A stretch of DNA of 64,000 bases from NCBI RefSeq assembly GCF_006345805.1, contig NC_043008.1, positions 29,202,001 to 29,266,000 on the forward strand, read 5' to 3'. This DNA comes from Octopus sinensis. Its lineage: Eukaryota. This document shows positions 27,665 to 42,343 of the stretch, piece after piece. A program made the translations under genes and the position numbers. The notes beneath the pieces were generated by a model. That model saw only the letters and a list, made by a program, of their open reading frames with translations. It was not told where the DNA came from and made no database searches. How positions within the stretch are numbered: position 1 is the first letter of the stretch; each line of letters opens with the position of its first letter.

Positions 27665-27792
27665 TTGTATGTATTTCTAAATTATCTTCTCGAAAATGAC
27701 ATAATTTCGAAGGTGGAATATACAAATGTAATAAGCTCATTGCCTTGCAAAAAATGCAATATCGGAATGACAGGCAGAATCCTAGATAAAAT
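27665..27792 (+). CDS. Candidate host exon with a CARD/death-fold-like pattern
   Basis: TTGTTTTTATAG acceptor and AAT|GTAAGT donor; only one frame open (phase 0 to 2): LYVFLNYLLENDIISKVEYTNVISSLPCKKCNIGMTGRILDK. Resembles the CARD pattern L.YLL...II...EY..I.......R.LLD. Confidence 0.4.
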
Positions 27793-29307
27793 GTAAGTAT
27801 TTCTTCTTTCGTATTTCTACTTGAACGCACCTCTAGAATACATCTTCTGTGCTACTTTATAGCTTGCTAACTTATTCTGATTGTAGTTAAAAATACCCAA
27901 TGAGTCATTCGGTTATATTCTTATCCTACAAATGCTATGTCACAAAATAATTAATTTATTTAAAATTATCTCTCTCAATCTTAAACTTGTATTGTAACAA
28001 TCACATTTTCCCGTAAGCATTTCTCTATTACATTGCATTTTCTAGATAAGGCTGCAAAAGTAAACATTTTGTATCAATCTTTCCTGTGAAAGAAAGAAAT
28101 CGCATCAAGCTTCATTTAATTAGAAAGAGGAAATGAAATGTTGCGTCATTTAACTCTCCATTTAAGTTATCCTCATGGACTCTAAATTTTAGATCGTTCA
28201 CCAAGTACCACAGCTTAGTATATCCTATTTATTTAGAATATAAAAAAGTATTTTATTCTAACCACAAAATCCGGGACAAAATGTACCCGCACAAATTGTC
28301 ATTATAGAAATAGTAATATAAAGAACAATTTCAATCATATGAACTGTAGTACTTGTTACTTATACCATATTCTTTACATAATAATATAATATATTTAAAT
28401 TATAACCAATATCGAATTGCAAACTTGCATGGGAATATTTTCTTTACAGTTTTAATTAAGCAATAATAACCGCTAACAAAAATTTTAGAACCCTTAAAAG
28501 AAAATATGAAATCTCAAATTTGAAGAAAAAAAACAATTTCACTTTGAGTTGAGAATAGAAAAATTAACGCCGCATTGTAATGGCGCATAGAACTAAATGC
28601 TGAATTATATACCGGCAAAAAAAAACAAAAACATGGTAGTTTCTATGTAAAGTTTTCAATCACATATTCGACAGAGGCACTATGCTCAATGATCATATCA
28701 AAAGTCTATACTTACGTAAAGAGCAGTCCTTGACAACTTACTCTTGCTACTAACACAAAGTTTTTCCAAATAGATTAGTGTTACACACCCTTTTCTACAC
28801 TCTATAATATCCAAACTACAAGTTATCTGTTATATCATTTCATGACGATTGGATTGGAACTGCACTCTTAACTTTTTGTGATATATAGTTTTTTAACTTG
28901 TACTCGGTTATTTATTATAGTACACATACACTTAGAATTGTACCTTTCCAGCCTACTTATTACGTTTAATACATTTATCTGTCACCCTATTTTATCGTTG
29001 TCTGCTACCCTAAAATGATTGGGTTACTTATCTACTTTACATCTCATGTTTCATAAATCAATTACTCAAAACCTTTGTTATATTTTGTAAAGTTTGTTTT
29101 TATCATTTAGTTAATTTGTTCATGTGCCACTAAGTCTTATACTCACTACATATATATATATATAAATATATCTTTAGATGTATATACATACATACACACA
29201 CACACATACACATACAAAGACGCATGGCTCCCTGGGTTAAGGATATTAAGTTGAATAAAAACCTCAGTATTTTAATTCTTGACGGGCATTTTACAAAGAA
29301 TCTAGAC

Positions 29308-29614
29308 CAGGTGTGGCCAACTCGAATTGCATTGCGGGTTACTTTAATCACAGACAGTTTTTTAAGTGTTGCGTGTATACTGACATAATTGAAAGCGTTA
29401 ATAATGGATGAATGATCGCCGATTCCGTATGAAAAATGATAGTTGCAAAAACAGTAGCGTCTTACTTTAAAGTTTTCATTATAATCTTTACTTTTTGATA
29501 AAATTTTTCAAATGTTTGTTTAATTAAACCAATTTCAAGAAAGTATCAAGTGAGCGTCAAGATAGGAGTCTGTGGGCCGCATGCGGCTCGCGGGCCTCAG
29601 GTTGGTCCGCCCTA
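29308..29614 (+). mobile_element. hAT (Charlie-like) non-autonomous element, 307 bp
   Basis: Ends CAGGTGTGGCCAAC and GTTGGTCCGCCCTA; 8-bp TSD ATCTAGAC (29300-07) / ATCTAGAT (29615-22) fits the Charlie NTCTAGAN preference; subterminal GGGCCGCATGCGGCTCGCGGGCC. Confidence 0.85.
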
Positions 29615-30134
29615 ATCTAGATACTTTTGTAATATAATCCAATATAATATATTTTACTTGCAGGTAAGCTTATACAAACACCATCAGGCATTTTACATCT
29701 GTTCCAAGCCTAAACATGGCTGAACATTAAAGAATATTGTATTTAGATGCGTTTCATTGTTATGAATAAGTCTTACATTATTGTATTTTTATTGACGCTA
29801 CAAACATAATTTTCTTATTTATTACATTTTATGGTATCATTTCTACTGTTTTTTTTTTTCACACAGTTTACGCCTTCTGGGCTGAACAAAAATAATACAG
29901 TACGCTATTCTTAGTTTTATATCTTTTACTCATTTTTGTTGTTGTTATTGCGACGAGATAACACGATCGTTAGCCGTTGGGCAAAATTCTTAGTGGAAGT
30001 TCTGGCTTTATATATTTACAGTTAAAATTTCGTGAGGTTTGACTTAGCTTTTCTTTCTTTCTGCCTCGATTAAGCACGCAGCATTGGACAATCTATTTCG
30101 AAGAAATGGCATGGCGTCCATATCCCTCAAAATC

Positions 30135-30136
30135 AC

Positions 30137-30190
<54 letters not shown>

Positions 30191-30193
30191 ATC

Positions 30194-30254
<61 letters not shown>

Positions 30255-30276
30255 CATCATCATCATCATTATAATT

Positions 30277-30307
<31 letters not shown>

Positions 30308-30620
30308 TTATTATTATTCTTGTTCTTATTGAGTAAGAGAGCTGCACATGCCATCGAAATGACACAGGGGGACAAATATACGTGTGTCACAACCATATGT
30401 GCTCGACATTCTTATTACTGGTTAAGGTCAAGTCAAGCAACAGACGAGCAAATCTGTTGTATTGAGCAGAATATTTGGTGTAGCCTATCTTTCATACCAA
30501 AACAAATGAATATACATGATAACACTTCCAATCATTTAAGTTCCAAAGCCATGAAAGCCACTACTAGGTAGTGCATCAGGTATATTATTATCATTATTAT
30601 TATCATCATCAAAATCATCA

Positions 30621-30702
<82 letters not shown>

Positions 30703-30730
30703 TATTATTATTATTATTATTATTTTTATT
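30135..30730. repeat. (ATC)n and (ATT)n trinucleotide arrays
   Basis: Arrays at about 30135-30320 and 30590-30730 with unique sequence between them. Confidence 0.9.
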
Positions 30731-30941
30731 AAGGCGGCGAGCTGGCAGTATATTTAGCGCGCTGGACGTTATGCTTACCGGTAAATCGCCCGTCGTTACA
30801 TTCTGAGTTCAAATTCCCCCGAGTTCAACTTTGCCATTCATTGATTCAGGGTCGATAAATTAAGTACCAGTTGAACACTGGAGTTGATGTAATTGACACA
30901 TATCACACAAAATGGCTGCCATTGTGGCAAAATTTGAAACT
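30731..30941 (+). mobile_element. tRNA-derived SINE (family B)
   Basis: Head GGCGGCGAGCTGGCAG, B-box-like GAGTTCAAATTCC at 30805-30817, tail GGCAAAATTTGAAAC followed by (TAT)/(TGT) repeats. Confidence 0.8.
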
Positions 30942-31529
30942 ATTATTATTGTTGTTGTTGTTGCTTTTATCTTTGCCATCATAATCATCATCACTGCGAT
31001 TCTTGGTATTGCTTTGTTCCTCTCGATTTTGCTTTCTTCTGGGTTTTTTTAATGGTAATACACAATCTTTAATTTAAGAATTGCCATTTTCTCCAATAAA
31101 TGCTGTGCGTTTTCCCTTATCGAAAATATTCAATTTGGCGTTTGTCTTTACCACTTCCCCCTCTACAAAATCTATTAGTATTTTCTATTTGCCCTTAATA
31201 TTGGCAACTAATGTTGATGAAATTTCTCTTATTAGAAACAATTTCATCATATATGCTATGTACCTGATCTCAGTTATCACTAATAATATTACTGCAGTGC
31301 ATGTGTATTTCCTAATATATAAATAGAAATATACAGACACTGTTAAATAATGAGTTGTTCGTTTGTCACACAGTTATATATATAACAACGATTGGTTGCC
31401 TAAACTATGAAATCAAATTTCCATTAATTTCACGAGTAAATCAGATTACGTAATGATGTCAAAGAACTAGCAGTTAAATATTCAAATAAAATTTCTATTC
31501 ACTCTTGAGTCTATCAAAACTTCAGTACA

Positions 31530-31740
31530 ATTTTAGAGGAATAGATTCAAGAAAGACTGGTCTTGTCCGAGCAACAGCGGCAAGAGATCCCAGTTGATTT
31601 TGTTGATAGCATCACTACGAGGAGATAAGATGACTCGATCACAGAACCACAGACTGTTGCTAAAGTTTGTACATTATTTATGAGCACGTGCATCATGAGA
31701 TCATTGACAGTTGGTACCATCTCACCACAGGCTTTTTCGC
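31530..31740 (-). mobile_element. Helitron Rep/Hel (Pif1 helicase) C-terminal remnant
   Basis: With one frameshift: CGEMVPTVNDLMMHV...SNSLWFCDRVILSPRSDAINKINWDLLPLLLG, matching the Helitron helicase motif WL.ERAILAP.N..V..IN..LL..LPG. Confidence 0.65.
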
Positions 31741-34489
31741 CACCTCTGACTTTGGACTTTCAGAAAAATGGATATTTTGATGAAATTTTCTACGAATATG
31801 TGTTATATCATGTAGATTCGGAAAATACAAAATATTTTGGGGAAAGTCTATTATGAGGGGGAGGGAAAATTTTTCCACTTCAATTCATCTTTACTGTCAG
31901 GAGAATAAATATCTTTTTAAATGAAATTGTCTACAAATATACCTTGGTCTATGTAGATTCCAAGCATAGGATATTTGAGAAAGCAATTCGGGGTTGTTTT
32001 TGCGAACCGTTTCCCACTGGAGGGTGTTTCAGAAGAAGTCGTCCATATTTGTTTCAGTTTCTCCGTTTAGTGCGCGTGTGCATCCATATATAACCCTTAA
32101 CCTAGTTGTAAAATTTCGGGGTAAAAATAGAAAAGTTAAGGAATTGGTGTATTAAAATGTCTGAAAGTAGGTATTTTTGCATATTAAGAATCTCCGTTTG
32201 AGACAAGGTCAGAAACCGTAGAAAAAAAAAAGCACATAGAGGTGACATGCTTGTTCTCAGTATCCTCACACACACATATAAATATAAGGAAAAATTTCAA
32301 ACAAGGAATTATTCCATTCAATATCAAATTTATTATAGAGATCATGTAGCTTATTATACTTTACACTTCTATATTTAACTGTGCGTGTATTTTCCTTATT
32401 TCTTGCTTCTGGTGCCTTCTGCCTTTCTATTAGAACTGTTTACCTGGGATTTACTTAAAATGAAAAGCAAAATCATAAGCAACGTTTCAAGATTATCTGA
32501 CCGAACAGAAAATGTACATTGTGTTATAAGAAGGCGATTTCAAAAGACCTTGCTCAAACCACCTAACTTCTTACCAATATATCGACAAAAGTAAAGTTTG
32601 AAATCTAGCTGTATGTTACATTCAATCAAGTAGAAAATAGTAGAGAACTCAAGTGCCACATGTTAATGAATCTAAGAAATGCAACTTTTGCGTAGCTGAA
32701 AGATCGTGCATTCATTTTCGATCAAAGAATTCCACTGCACTACTAAATTCCAGAAGCGAAATTTTCAGTAAATAAAGGCATATGGACAGGTTTATTTTGG
32801 TGAACGGGAGTACATACAATAACCTCCCCAGATAAGGCAGCTGTCGCGTAGATTTTAAGCCCTGTTCCGTGGAACAGTTCTATAACTAGCTTAATTATGT
32901 TTTTATGGCCAAAGAGCACATAACTGTAATGTTCTTTCTGCTTTTATTCATCCTTCCACATTTTACATCTACAATCTTCACGTGTTTCTCATGATTTCTC
33001 GCATACCACCGTCCTGATTTGCAAATAGAAGAAGCTATGTGTTCAGAGCCTGTACGCTTGGGGACAGGTGTATCAAAAACAAGGAACTATTATTAGTACG
33101 CATGTTTAAGATGTGCACGTTGAAAATTTATCTCTCACATGATGGAGTACTTTTTTGTTGATCCTCTGTACCTAAAGGTGAAGCTCAGTGAAATTTGAGC
33201 CAAATTATATATGCGCGTTTGTGTGTGCGTGCGCGCTTGTGTATACGTGTGAATGTGTGCGCCGGTACGTGTGTGCATCTGTGATAGCGTAAATATATAC
33301 GAGCTCACACACATCTCCACACTCATACATTCACACGTATACACATATACATACATACGTATAACTCATATTAGTTATTCAATAACATCAAGCACTAATC
33401 AAAAGTTTCTAAACACAAAAACCTAATAACCAACATAAATAATTTCTTTGATAAAATTTTACTCACTCCCAACAGAAAAGTGACTAAAATTATTATACCT
33501 ATAACTAGAAATACTTATGATATCTAAAGTAAATTAATTATGAAGTAAGTAAATTAAATAAAAGTGAAAATTTAAAAAACAAATATTGTTGCAGTGACAA
33601 CGAAGAGAGTGAAGCAGAATATAATACACGGATAAACAGGGAAATCGCAATCCTTCTACTAATCAGATGTCGTGATTTAGTCCTGAGAACCATTATAAGG
33701 AAGCTGTCATCAGTGGTAAAATGCAATTTTAAATAGGAAGAAAATTCAGGAGTATGTGTGTGTGTGTGTGGTGTGTGTGTGTGTAGGCGCGGAAGTGGTT
33801 GTTGGTAAGTAGCTTGCTTCCTGTGAGTCTTTAAGACTTCCCATGAGTTTTGTTGTCAGTGTTCGTATGTGCCATTGTGTTGTGCACTGAAGAAGATAGC
33901 TGGCTGTGTTCAGCCTGCCAAAAGAAACCGCTGCAAGGTAAAACTTTTCTCTTGGACCCGGTCAGGGTCGTTGTCTGTGCGTATATATTTTACAAACAGG
34001 GAATCCTCACTGAATTCAGGATGTTAAGTCTACTTGTGGTTCACCAATATGGTCCATAGTAAATGAAGATTTTTTTCTCATTGTCTGGTGGGCGTATCCT
34101 TCAAATACTTTGTTTTTACGACAACAACATTTCCCATTATTGGAAAACTGTAATTCAATTGTTCCCATGAAGTGAACTTTTTTTCTCATTGTGAGAAATA
34201 TAGTTTGGTGACTATCCTGCCACCGAAAGTCGTTCGCTGTTTTTAAATAGTGTGTATTTTACGACAACGTTGGAAAGCTGTATTCAAGTGGAGCGGTCCA
34301 GGTTCTAATTGGAGTACCACAAGGGTTTGGAGTACATAAATGCCCAGATTTTATTGGTGTGTTTTCTTTTTTTTGAACTATTGTTTTCTTCTTCTATTGT
34401 GACTTTTTATTGAACTGTTTGCTTTTTATTTATTTCTTCTTCCCTTTTGTTTTCTTTTGAATTCTCTCTTTCTTTTTTTTTGTAAACTA

Positions 34490-35620
34490 TTGCTTTGGAC
34501 ATGGCAAAAAAATACGGATAAGATTGTTGTGTGGGAGATTGTCCCACCGAAGCAGTGGTTAAAAGATATGGAGGAGAGGAAATTACACGCGCACGCGCCC
34601 GCAGACAAATCGGTATATATAAAATTCTATTACACACGCACGCATACACAAACACACGCATGTATATATGCTCGCTCTCGAAGGAATTTAATCGGTGGTG
34701 GTTAGAACTTATTCTAAAGTTCTTTATTCTATCACCGTCTTCCGGAAACCAGTTATAGAACATGAACTGAAAGGCTATTTGTCCTCCGTGAAATACATAT
34801 CCCGCAGTGTCAAATATGCAACCGTATAGCTGCTGTTTGACAACCGGGAAAAGGCTCGCAATTTTGCGAGCCAGCCCTTGGAGAGCAACGAAATTCTGTT
34901 CCTGCTGTCCTACTGCGGGAGGAAATTAATAAGGGCCTGGGTATGTGGGTTACCCCCAGGCACCGAGGTGGGTTGGATTGAAGATACCATCCGACGGGGA
35001 CCGTAGGATAGCGACCCAGGCTCTTATATGTAAGGGTATTGCTGGCGGTCGATTGGGAAGGGTCAAAAGCGATTTCGACCCTGTGGACCCCATCGGCCGC
35101 AACAGACGTGATTTTTCCAGATTTTGTTTTGATGGATGGCTCAAGGTATCCAGTGATACTTGAGTGTTGCCCCCACTAAGTGTCACTCGAGTCTGGAGTC
35201 AGGTCACATTAAGAAGGACAGCCCCCGGGGCTGTGGTAAGGTCCCGGAGCAGGGAAAGCTGAAGGTGCCCTCTGCTATCCCATTGAATGGAGAAACGGAG
35301 GAAGTCGTTGAGAAGTAAAAGAAAGGTGAGCAACAATGGTTGCTCACCAACAGATGCGCTGGTTGTGGGAGAGTAGGAGGATCCCCTGGGTGTGCCGGTT
35401 GAGGCCCCTACCCCCGCAACTGTAAGGAGGAAAAATAAAATATAGAGAAACGGGAGACGGTCAGCGGATGTCGTTGTGCCGCCTACCGAACCCGATGCTG
35501 TTTGAGGTCATGGTGACCTGTAATGAGGAAGAATTTGCTTTCCTCTTTCCGGACCTCGACCTGCCGATGCATGCTTTCCTGCAGGCGGCAGGTCATTTGC
35601 TTGGGGACTCCGATGAGGAG
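34490..35620 (+). mobile_element. Non-LTR retrotransposon ORF1 (gag-like) remnant
   Basis: GC-richer island; LLFDNREKARNFASQPLESNEILFLLSYCGRKLIRAWVCGLPPGTEVGWIEDTI; decayed CCHC knuckle CHSSLESGHIKKDSP at 35181-35225. Interrupted by a 110-bp insert at 34584-34693. Confidence 0.6.
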
Positions 35621-36404
35621 GATTGATTGTGTGTATACTGAATAATTTTGTAATGGACTATTAAGCTCAATAATTGTAAACACTGTCGTAAAAAAAAAAA
35701 AGATCAATATTTTAGAGAAGCAGAAAATCGCCGGGCGTTTTCTGCCTTCTCCCATCAATATCATCCTTATTTCATCATTCACCACATCAATGTATATGTC
35801 CTGCCCGCAAGCTACTCTTTGTAATGCCTTTATGACAAGTTTTAATGAAATAATGTAGCTTGCTCATCAAAATCATGGTTCCGGGTTCAGTCCACCTGCG
35901 TGGCTCCTTGGGCAAGGTATTGTTAAAACTGCATTATATCATAAGAGCGATATATAACTTAGCTGAATGTAAAAATATGCTTCAACCCATAACTCCTCAG
36001 CAGAACGAATGTATCAGCCGTTATCACCACAGCCACCAGCTATAAAATGAACGACTGAAGTGAAAGGGAAGTAGTGAAACGTGAAAGAGACTCGGTGTAC
36101 TGACGGAAACCATGATACCTCGAAGAAAATTAAGCACAACAACAAATGTAAGAGAAAAAAAGGAAATATTAGTTAACGAAAAAATATGGCAATAACAATA
36201 AAACATCATTTTTTTTTCGCTGTGAGGAAAGAGTTTATCAAATAATGAAATGATAAATAATCTAATTTCACTTCTTAAGTTCGATTATTTGCATCAATAT
36301 CTGTAAGTTGTAGCTTAAAATATGTTTATACTGTATTTAACTACAGTTAACAAAAATATCTGTAATATCAATTAACAAGTGCAGCAGCGTTATGAAAAGT
36401 CTGC

Positions 36405-36516
<112 letters not shown>

Positions 36517-39247
36517 AAATGTATATACATACACACGTACGTCTGTGTTTGTGTGCGTGTGCGTGCGCGTGAATGTGTGTATGTGTCTGTGTGTCTGTGT
36601 GTTTGTCTGAGTTTTTCTCCCTACACTTGACAACAGATGTTTGTTTTCTTCCTCATAACTTAACAGTTCGGCCTCGAAAAACACAGATAGGAATAATCGA
36701 TACAAGTAGTGGACGTACGCAAACAAACAATTTTAAAATATAAACATCGTACTGAAATTGATTTGTTCTCTGAAACCTTTGAAGACGTTGGTCCAACATG
36801 GCCACAGAGTCCAATGACTGAAACAGAGGAAAGATGAAATATCAATAAACGATACCTCCATCATATCTTCATAAAATGCTTGCATTGTAAAATATTATTG
36901 TCTAAATAGTTTACTGTTGCAAACATCATTTCACGATTCAATTAGAAATATGAAATACATCAAACTTCCAGACCCACAGCGTCTACGAAGTGAGACGAGT
37001 GCAAAACATGAAATATTGCATCATATTGTTGTTTTTGAAATTTTGAACTCTTCCTGAACTGTCGAAGACTGTTTCACTGCACCAAACCTCAGGAAATAAT
37101 GCGGCACGCCTCTTCTCTGCAGAATTGATGTGCTTTGTTATCAATAATATAGCCCTTAGTGTGATAAGAACAACCAATGAGGGACATCTAAGGGAACATA
37201 ACAGTGTATATGCATTTCTTGAATAGACTTTGCAGTCCATTGTGTACTGATCGATAATGTACATTTAGTATCTCCTAGCACCAGTAAAGCATTAAGTGTA
37301 TTTTGCTTTAAGCTTATGTAACAAACATCTTTTCGTGCATACAAACGTACACTCGACATAGACAAAATTAAAGAATTCCATACTAAGTTTGGTTGCTACT
37401 TAACATGCCAAAATCATCTTCAGTATCGATCTTTCCAGTCTGGAATGACAAGTTTGGAAAAAGGCATAAGATCGCCTAAATCAAAACGTGGTTATTCATA
37501 GCGTTATATGAGGATCGTAACTCTAGTGCACAATTCTCACAAAAAATACCAGAAGTATGGGTTGCTAATAGTGTTCGTGAAAAAATTAGTGCATATGTTA
37601 TTTTATGAAACCGGGATCACATAAATATGCATCTAATTTTGGTCATGGCAGTAACGAACGGTTTCTGAACGGAGAAACCTCTCATACAACTAATATTATT
37701 TACGAATTGATCATACTCCATGTGAGAATCTTGGTAGATATGACGACAATGGGGAATTAACATTGAGGCCCCAGCTTATGTAGCAGAACCAGAGCGACTA
37801 CAGCCGAGGTACATCAGAAACTATCATCCAGCAAGCTGCAACACCGTGATAACTTTAAAGACACAAGATGCATTCTCAAGTCAGGAAATATCTAAAGTTT
37901 GTCTGGAGACATTGGCCTTCTTGTCAATATTACACAGACTTACGAACCAAATCACTCAGGCGAACGACGGAAAGAAATCAACTTTTCAGACACTCTAGAA
38001 CTGACTAACAATTAACGCGAATATATCATTAGCATGGCTTAGCAGTAAGCATAGTTTACTTTCCAAATAACCAGGTATGTTTTCTTAGCTACCGAATAGG
38101 AAAAATCGCGCAGAAGAACAACGCATTTCAAAGCCATACTAAACTAGAATTAGGAACTTTGTAGTATGTTATTTATGTGCAAATGTAATGGGATGAACTG
38201 GCAAATTATTTGACGGACCACATGATTTGTTGCATTTTTCCGGCTTTACGTACTCAGTTCAAATTTACTTTACATTTCATCGATAAAATAGATATCAGTT
38301 GAACACTGAATTCAATGTAATCGACTTAATTCCGCCTCAGAAATTGCTGGCCTTATGCTTTTATTAGAAAGTGTGGATCATTGGCGAATAACCAGCAAAA
38401 GCTGAAACGGACCCTCTATGAGGGAGCCCAACATATCTTTGTACGAATCGAACATCTAAACGATAAACGTGATCGCATGCAGTTAAACGTCCGATCTGTA
38501 TACAGTAGAGAGCTGAACCCGTATATTTTATATATGGATATATTGGGTTCAGAGAATTTTAATGCTTGTTGACAATGTTTCTTAGTCCTGAAAGCCGAAA
38601 AATAAAAGGATATAATATCGGAAACTATCCTATTTTCTGTCTAGTAAACTTCAATGAAGCTCCATATATCTATGGATATTTGCGAAAAAGACATGTAGAA
38701 TTACGAATATTACCATGAACATATGCAGCAATTAGAAGAAAAAGGGAGGGAGACAAGGACAGAGATTATGATTGTTTTTGTGTGTTTGAAGGAAAGAGAC
38801 AGAAAGAAAAAGAGAGACTGAGAGACACAACATCACAAAGAGTAAAAATAACAGCGTCAAATTGGTTATAAGAATAGAAAGAACAGAGTCGATACAGAGA
38901 GTGAGAGATAGGCAATCAGAGAGAATGTTTATCTTTGGCTGTGTGTGTGCAAGTGTGTGTGTGAGAATATGTGTGTATATATATATGTGCGTGTACATAT
39001 ATGTGTGCGTGTACAAGTATGTGTGCGTGTACATGTATATGTGTGTGTGTAAATGTATGCGTATGCTGTCCAGTGAGTGCAAAGAATAAAAAATGATAGA
39101 AGCATTGAGCAGAGAGGGGAAAAGGAAGAGGATGATGGCAAACGGTTTTAAACTATTTGTATGTGTCACTATGTGTGTGTATATGTTTACGAATTAGATA
39201 ATTTAAGTGACTATATGCGTGCGTGATGGGTGTATGTGAGTTTGTAT

Positions 39248-39302
<55 letters not shown>

Positions 39303-39908
39303 TGTGTGTGCGTGAGCACGTAAGTGTTTGTGAATACAACACGTGTATGTGTTTGCAAGTGTGTATGCATTATGACAACGTTTATACAAAAATAGTAAAA
39401 TTTGAAAGAGAGAAAGAGAGAGAGAAAATAGAAAGAATTGTAGAGTATAGTGAGATTGATAGAGAGGAAATAAAGAGCGGTAAGAGAGAAAAGAGAGAGA
39501 TCATAGACGAGAGAGAGAGAGAGAGAAAATGAGAATGAAACATATTGCATTTGCGTTTGCGTGTGCGCATGTGTGCGTGTGTGTGTAGGTGTGTGTGTGT
39601 GTGAGTATTGTCATGTTAAGAGAAGAAACGTCATAGAAGGGTAAGAAAGAAAAAGATAGAGCGACATCGAGAGAGATGTTGAAAGAGAGAGAGAGAACCA
39701 GGAAGAGAAAAAGGAGACGGATTGCAAAGTTAAGAGGGGTAGTCTATGTTGATATGAATATGAGAAAGTGAAATAATGGGAGAGAAAGAGAGGAAAAACA
39801 GAGAAAAGTGAAAGAGAAAGGCATTGTGTTTATGTGTTTCAAAGTGATGACATTGTATAGAAAGAAAAAAAATGAGACGGAAGAGAGACCGAAATAGATA
39901 AACAACTT

Positions 39909-39974
<66 letters not shown>

Positions 39975-40446
39975 AGATAGATAGATAGATAAAGAGAGAG
40001 GCAGAGGGGGAAGATAGAGAGAGATAGTGTGTAAGAATAAAGAAGAGAGTGGGAGTTGAGAGAGTTGAGAGTGAGAGAGAGAGAAAGAGATAGAGCGTGG
40101 AGGAGAAAAGGAGATTCAAAATTTTACTGAGACGGATAGAACGACGAGCAAGGGAATAACCGAATGACTATGTGTTTCTGCGAGAGATTCTGACTTTTGA
40201 TTGCGTGCGTGTGTGCATGCGAGTGTTTGTGCGTTCGGAGTATATATGTGTTTATATGCGCGCTTGTGTGTGTTTTAGTGTATGCATGTATGTGTTCATG
40301 TATGTATGTTTCTGTGCGTTCATAGAAGTGAGATTGTGTTGGAACAAAAAGCAAGCGCTATAGTGATATCGATGGGAAAACATGTTGACATATGTGTGTG
40401 TTTATGCATGAATGTGCTTATCTATCTATCTATATATGTATGTATG

Positions 40447-40695
<249 letters not shown>

Positions 40696-42073
40696 GTATA
40701 TATATACATAAAGAAGAGAGAGAGAGAGAGAGGGGAACAAAAGAAGAGAGGCACATACACACAGTGATTGATCTTAAGCATTATGGGACAACTAGTTGAG
40801 AGACAGAGAGATGAAGAACGTGTGAGAAAGAAAAAGTGTAGACTCAGATTGCAGGCGACATCCTCACCGATTCAAACAACTCTGTGTGTGTGTGTACGTT
40901 TGTGTGTGTGGAAGAGAAAGAGGGAGAGAGACAGACAGATGGACATAAACTGAGAGAAAGAAACAGACAGACATACATACAGAAAGAGAGGGAGAGAGAG
41001 AGAGATGGTAAGATTGCGTGACACGAAGACGCAACTTTATACAAATACAGTCAATGAAAAATGAGTTGTACTCCTAAAACAAGACCACGTTCCACCACTG
41101 GACATGCACACACATATGCCTCCATGTATGCATATGTATATATGTATGTGTGTATGTATGTATGTATGTGTGTATGTATGTATGTATGTATGTATGTGTG
41201 TATGTATGTATGCATGTATGTATGTATGTGCGAGTGTGTGTGTGCATATGTATATACTGTTATACTGTAGATATAGATATAGATTTATACTGGTGCGTTT
41301 GTGTGTGGAAAAAAAGAGAGAAAGGCTTAAATATATGTGTGCGTGTGTTTGTGTAAACACATAAGAGAGTATACACGCACTTACACATATATATTGCAAG
41401 CATATCGACGCGTGAGTGTGTTGTGTGTGTGTGTGCGTGTGTGTGTGTTGTGTTTGTGTGTGTTTGTGTCTGTGTGTCTGTCTATTGTGACAGTAGAGAT
41501 ATCACAGAGCTTGCTTGTGTTTAATCCATTTTATTAAAGAATTTCCATATTTCCTTAATTGTTGCTTAGATTTCGAATAGCCAAAAAGTAAATGATATTT
41601 CATAACCATTTCCAAAAGATTCTCGCTCGGCCTTGGCACCAGAATTTAAATGATTACAGTGGAGTGTTGTTCCAAAATAAATATAACGGATTAACAATGA
41701 AGTATGCAAAAAAAAAAAAAAGAATACTAAATTGAGAAAATCAGGAAAAACAAAGCAAAAAGGTTTATCCCGAATATTTCTTGTTTTTTCAAAAAGATAT
41801 GTTTACGAACAAAATTCCCCCCTCCCGCACATAAACGAAACGTGCACGGACACCTACACACACACACACACACACACACTAATACACACACACAAACACG
41901 TTACACCCACGCGCGCACTCACACAAAGAAACACGCAAATACGGGCACGTATATGTGTGTGTGAACAATACTGAATAACCTGTAGATAGATGGCTATGTA
42001 TACATCGATTAATCTGGTTAGCTACCAATTTCTTCGTGTATGTATACACACACACACACACACACACACACAT

Positions 42074-42343
42074 TCTTTCTTTTATTTGCTTCAGTTATTT
42101 GACTGCGGCCATGAGGGAGCACCGCATTTAGTCGAGCAAATCGACCCCAGGACTTATTCCATCGGTCTCTTTTGCTGGGGACAAACACAGACACACAAAC
42201 ATATGCGTATGCAGTTTCCGTTGACCAAAACGCTTTGGTCCACCCGAAGGTATAGTACAAGGCACTTGATCAGGTGCCACATAGTGGGACTGAACCCGTA
42301 ACCATGTGTTAAGCAAGCTACTTACCACACAGCAACTCCTGCG

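Noticed and set aside
30106-30336. Poly-Ser/poly-His ORF (also 53930..54310)
   Set aside because: (ATC)n microsatellite with no coding context.
32434-33715. Phase-compatible candidate exons 32434-32590 and 33595-33715
   Set aside because: Weak donor (GTAAAG), A-rich acceptor and no recognisable protein; such open segments are expected by chance in 64 kb.
34070-34290. Degenerate internal repeats (TTTTTCTCATTGT, TTTTACGACAAC, TTGGAAA.CTGTA)
   Set aside because: Short and diverged; probably an old tandem duplication within a repeat, with no regular spacer structure.
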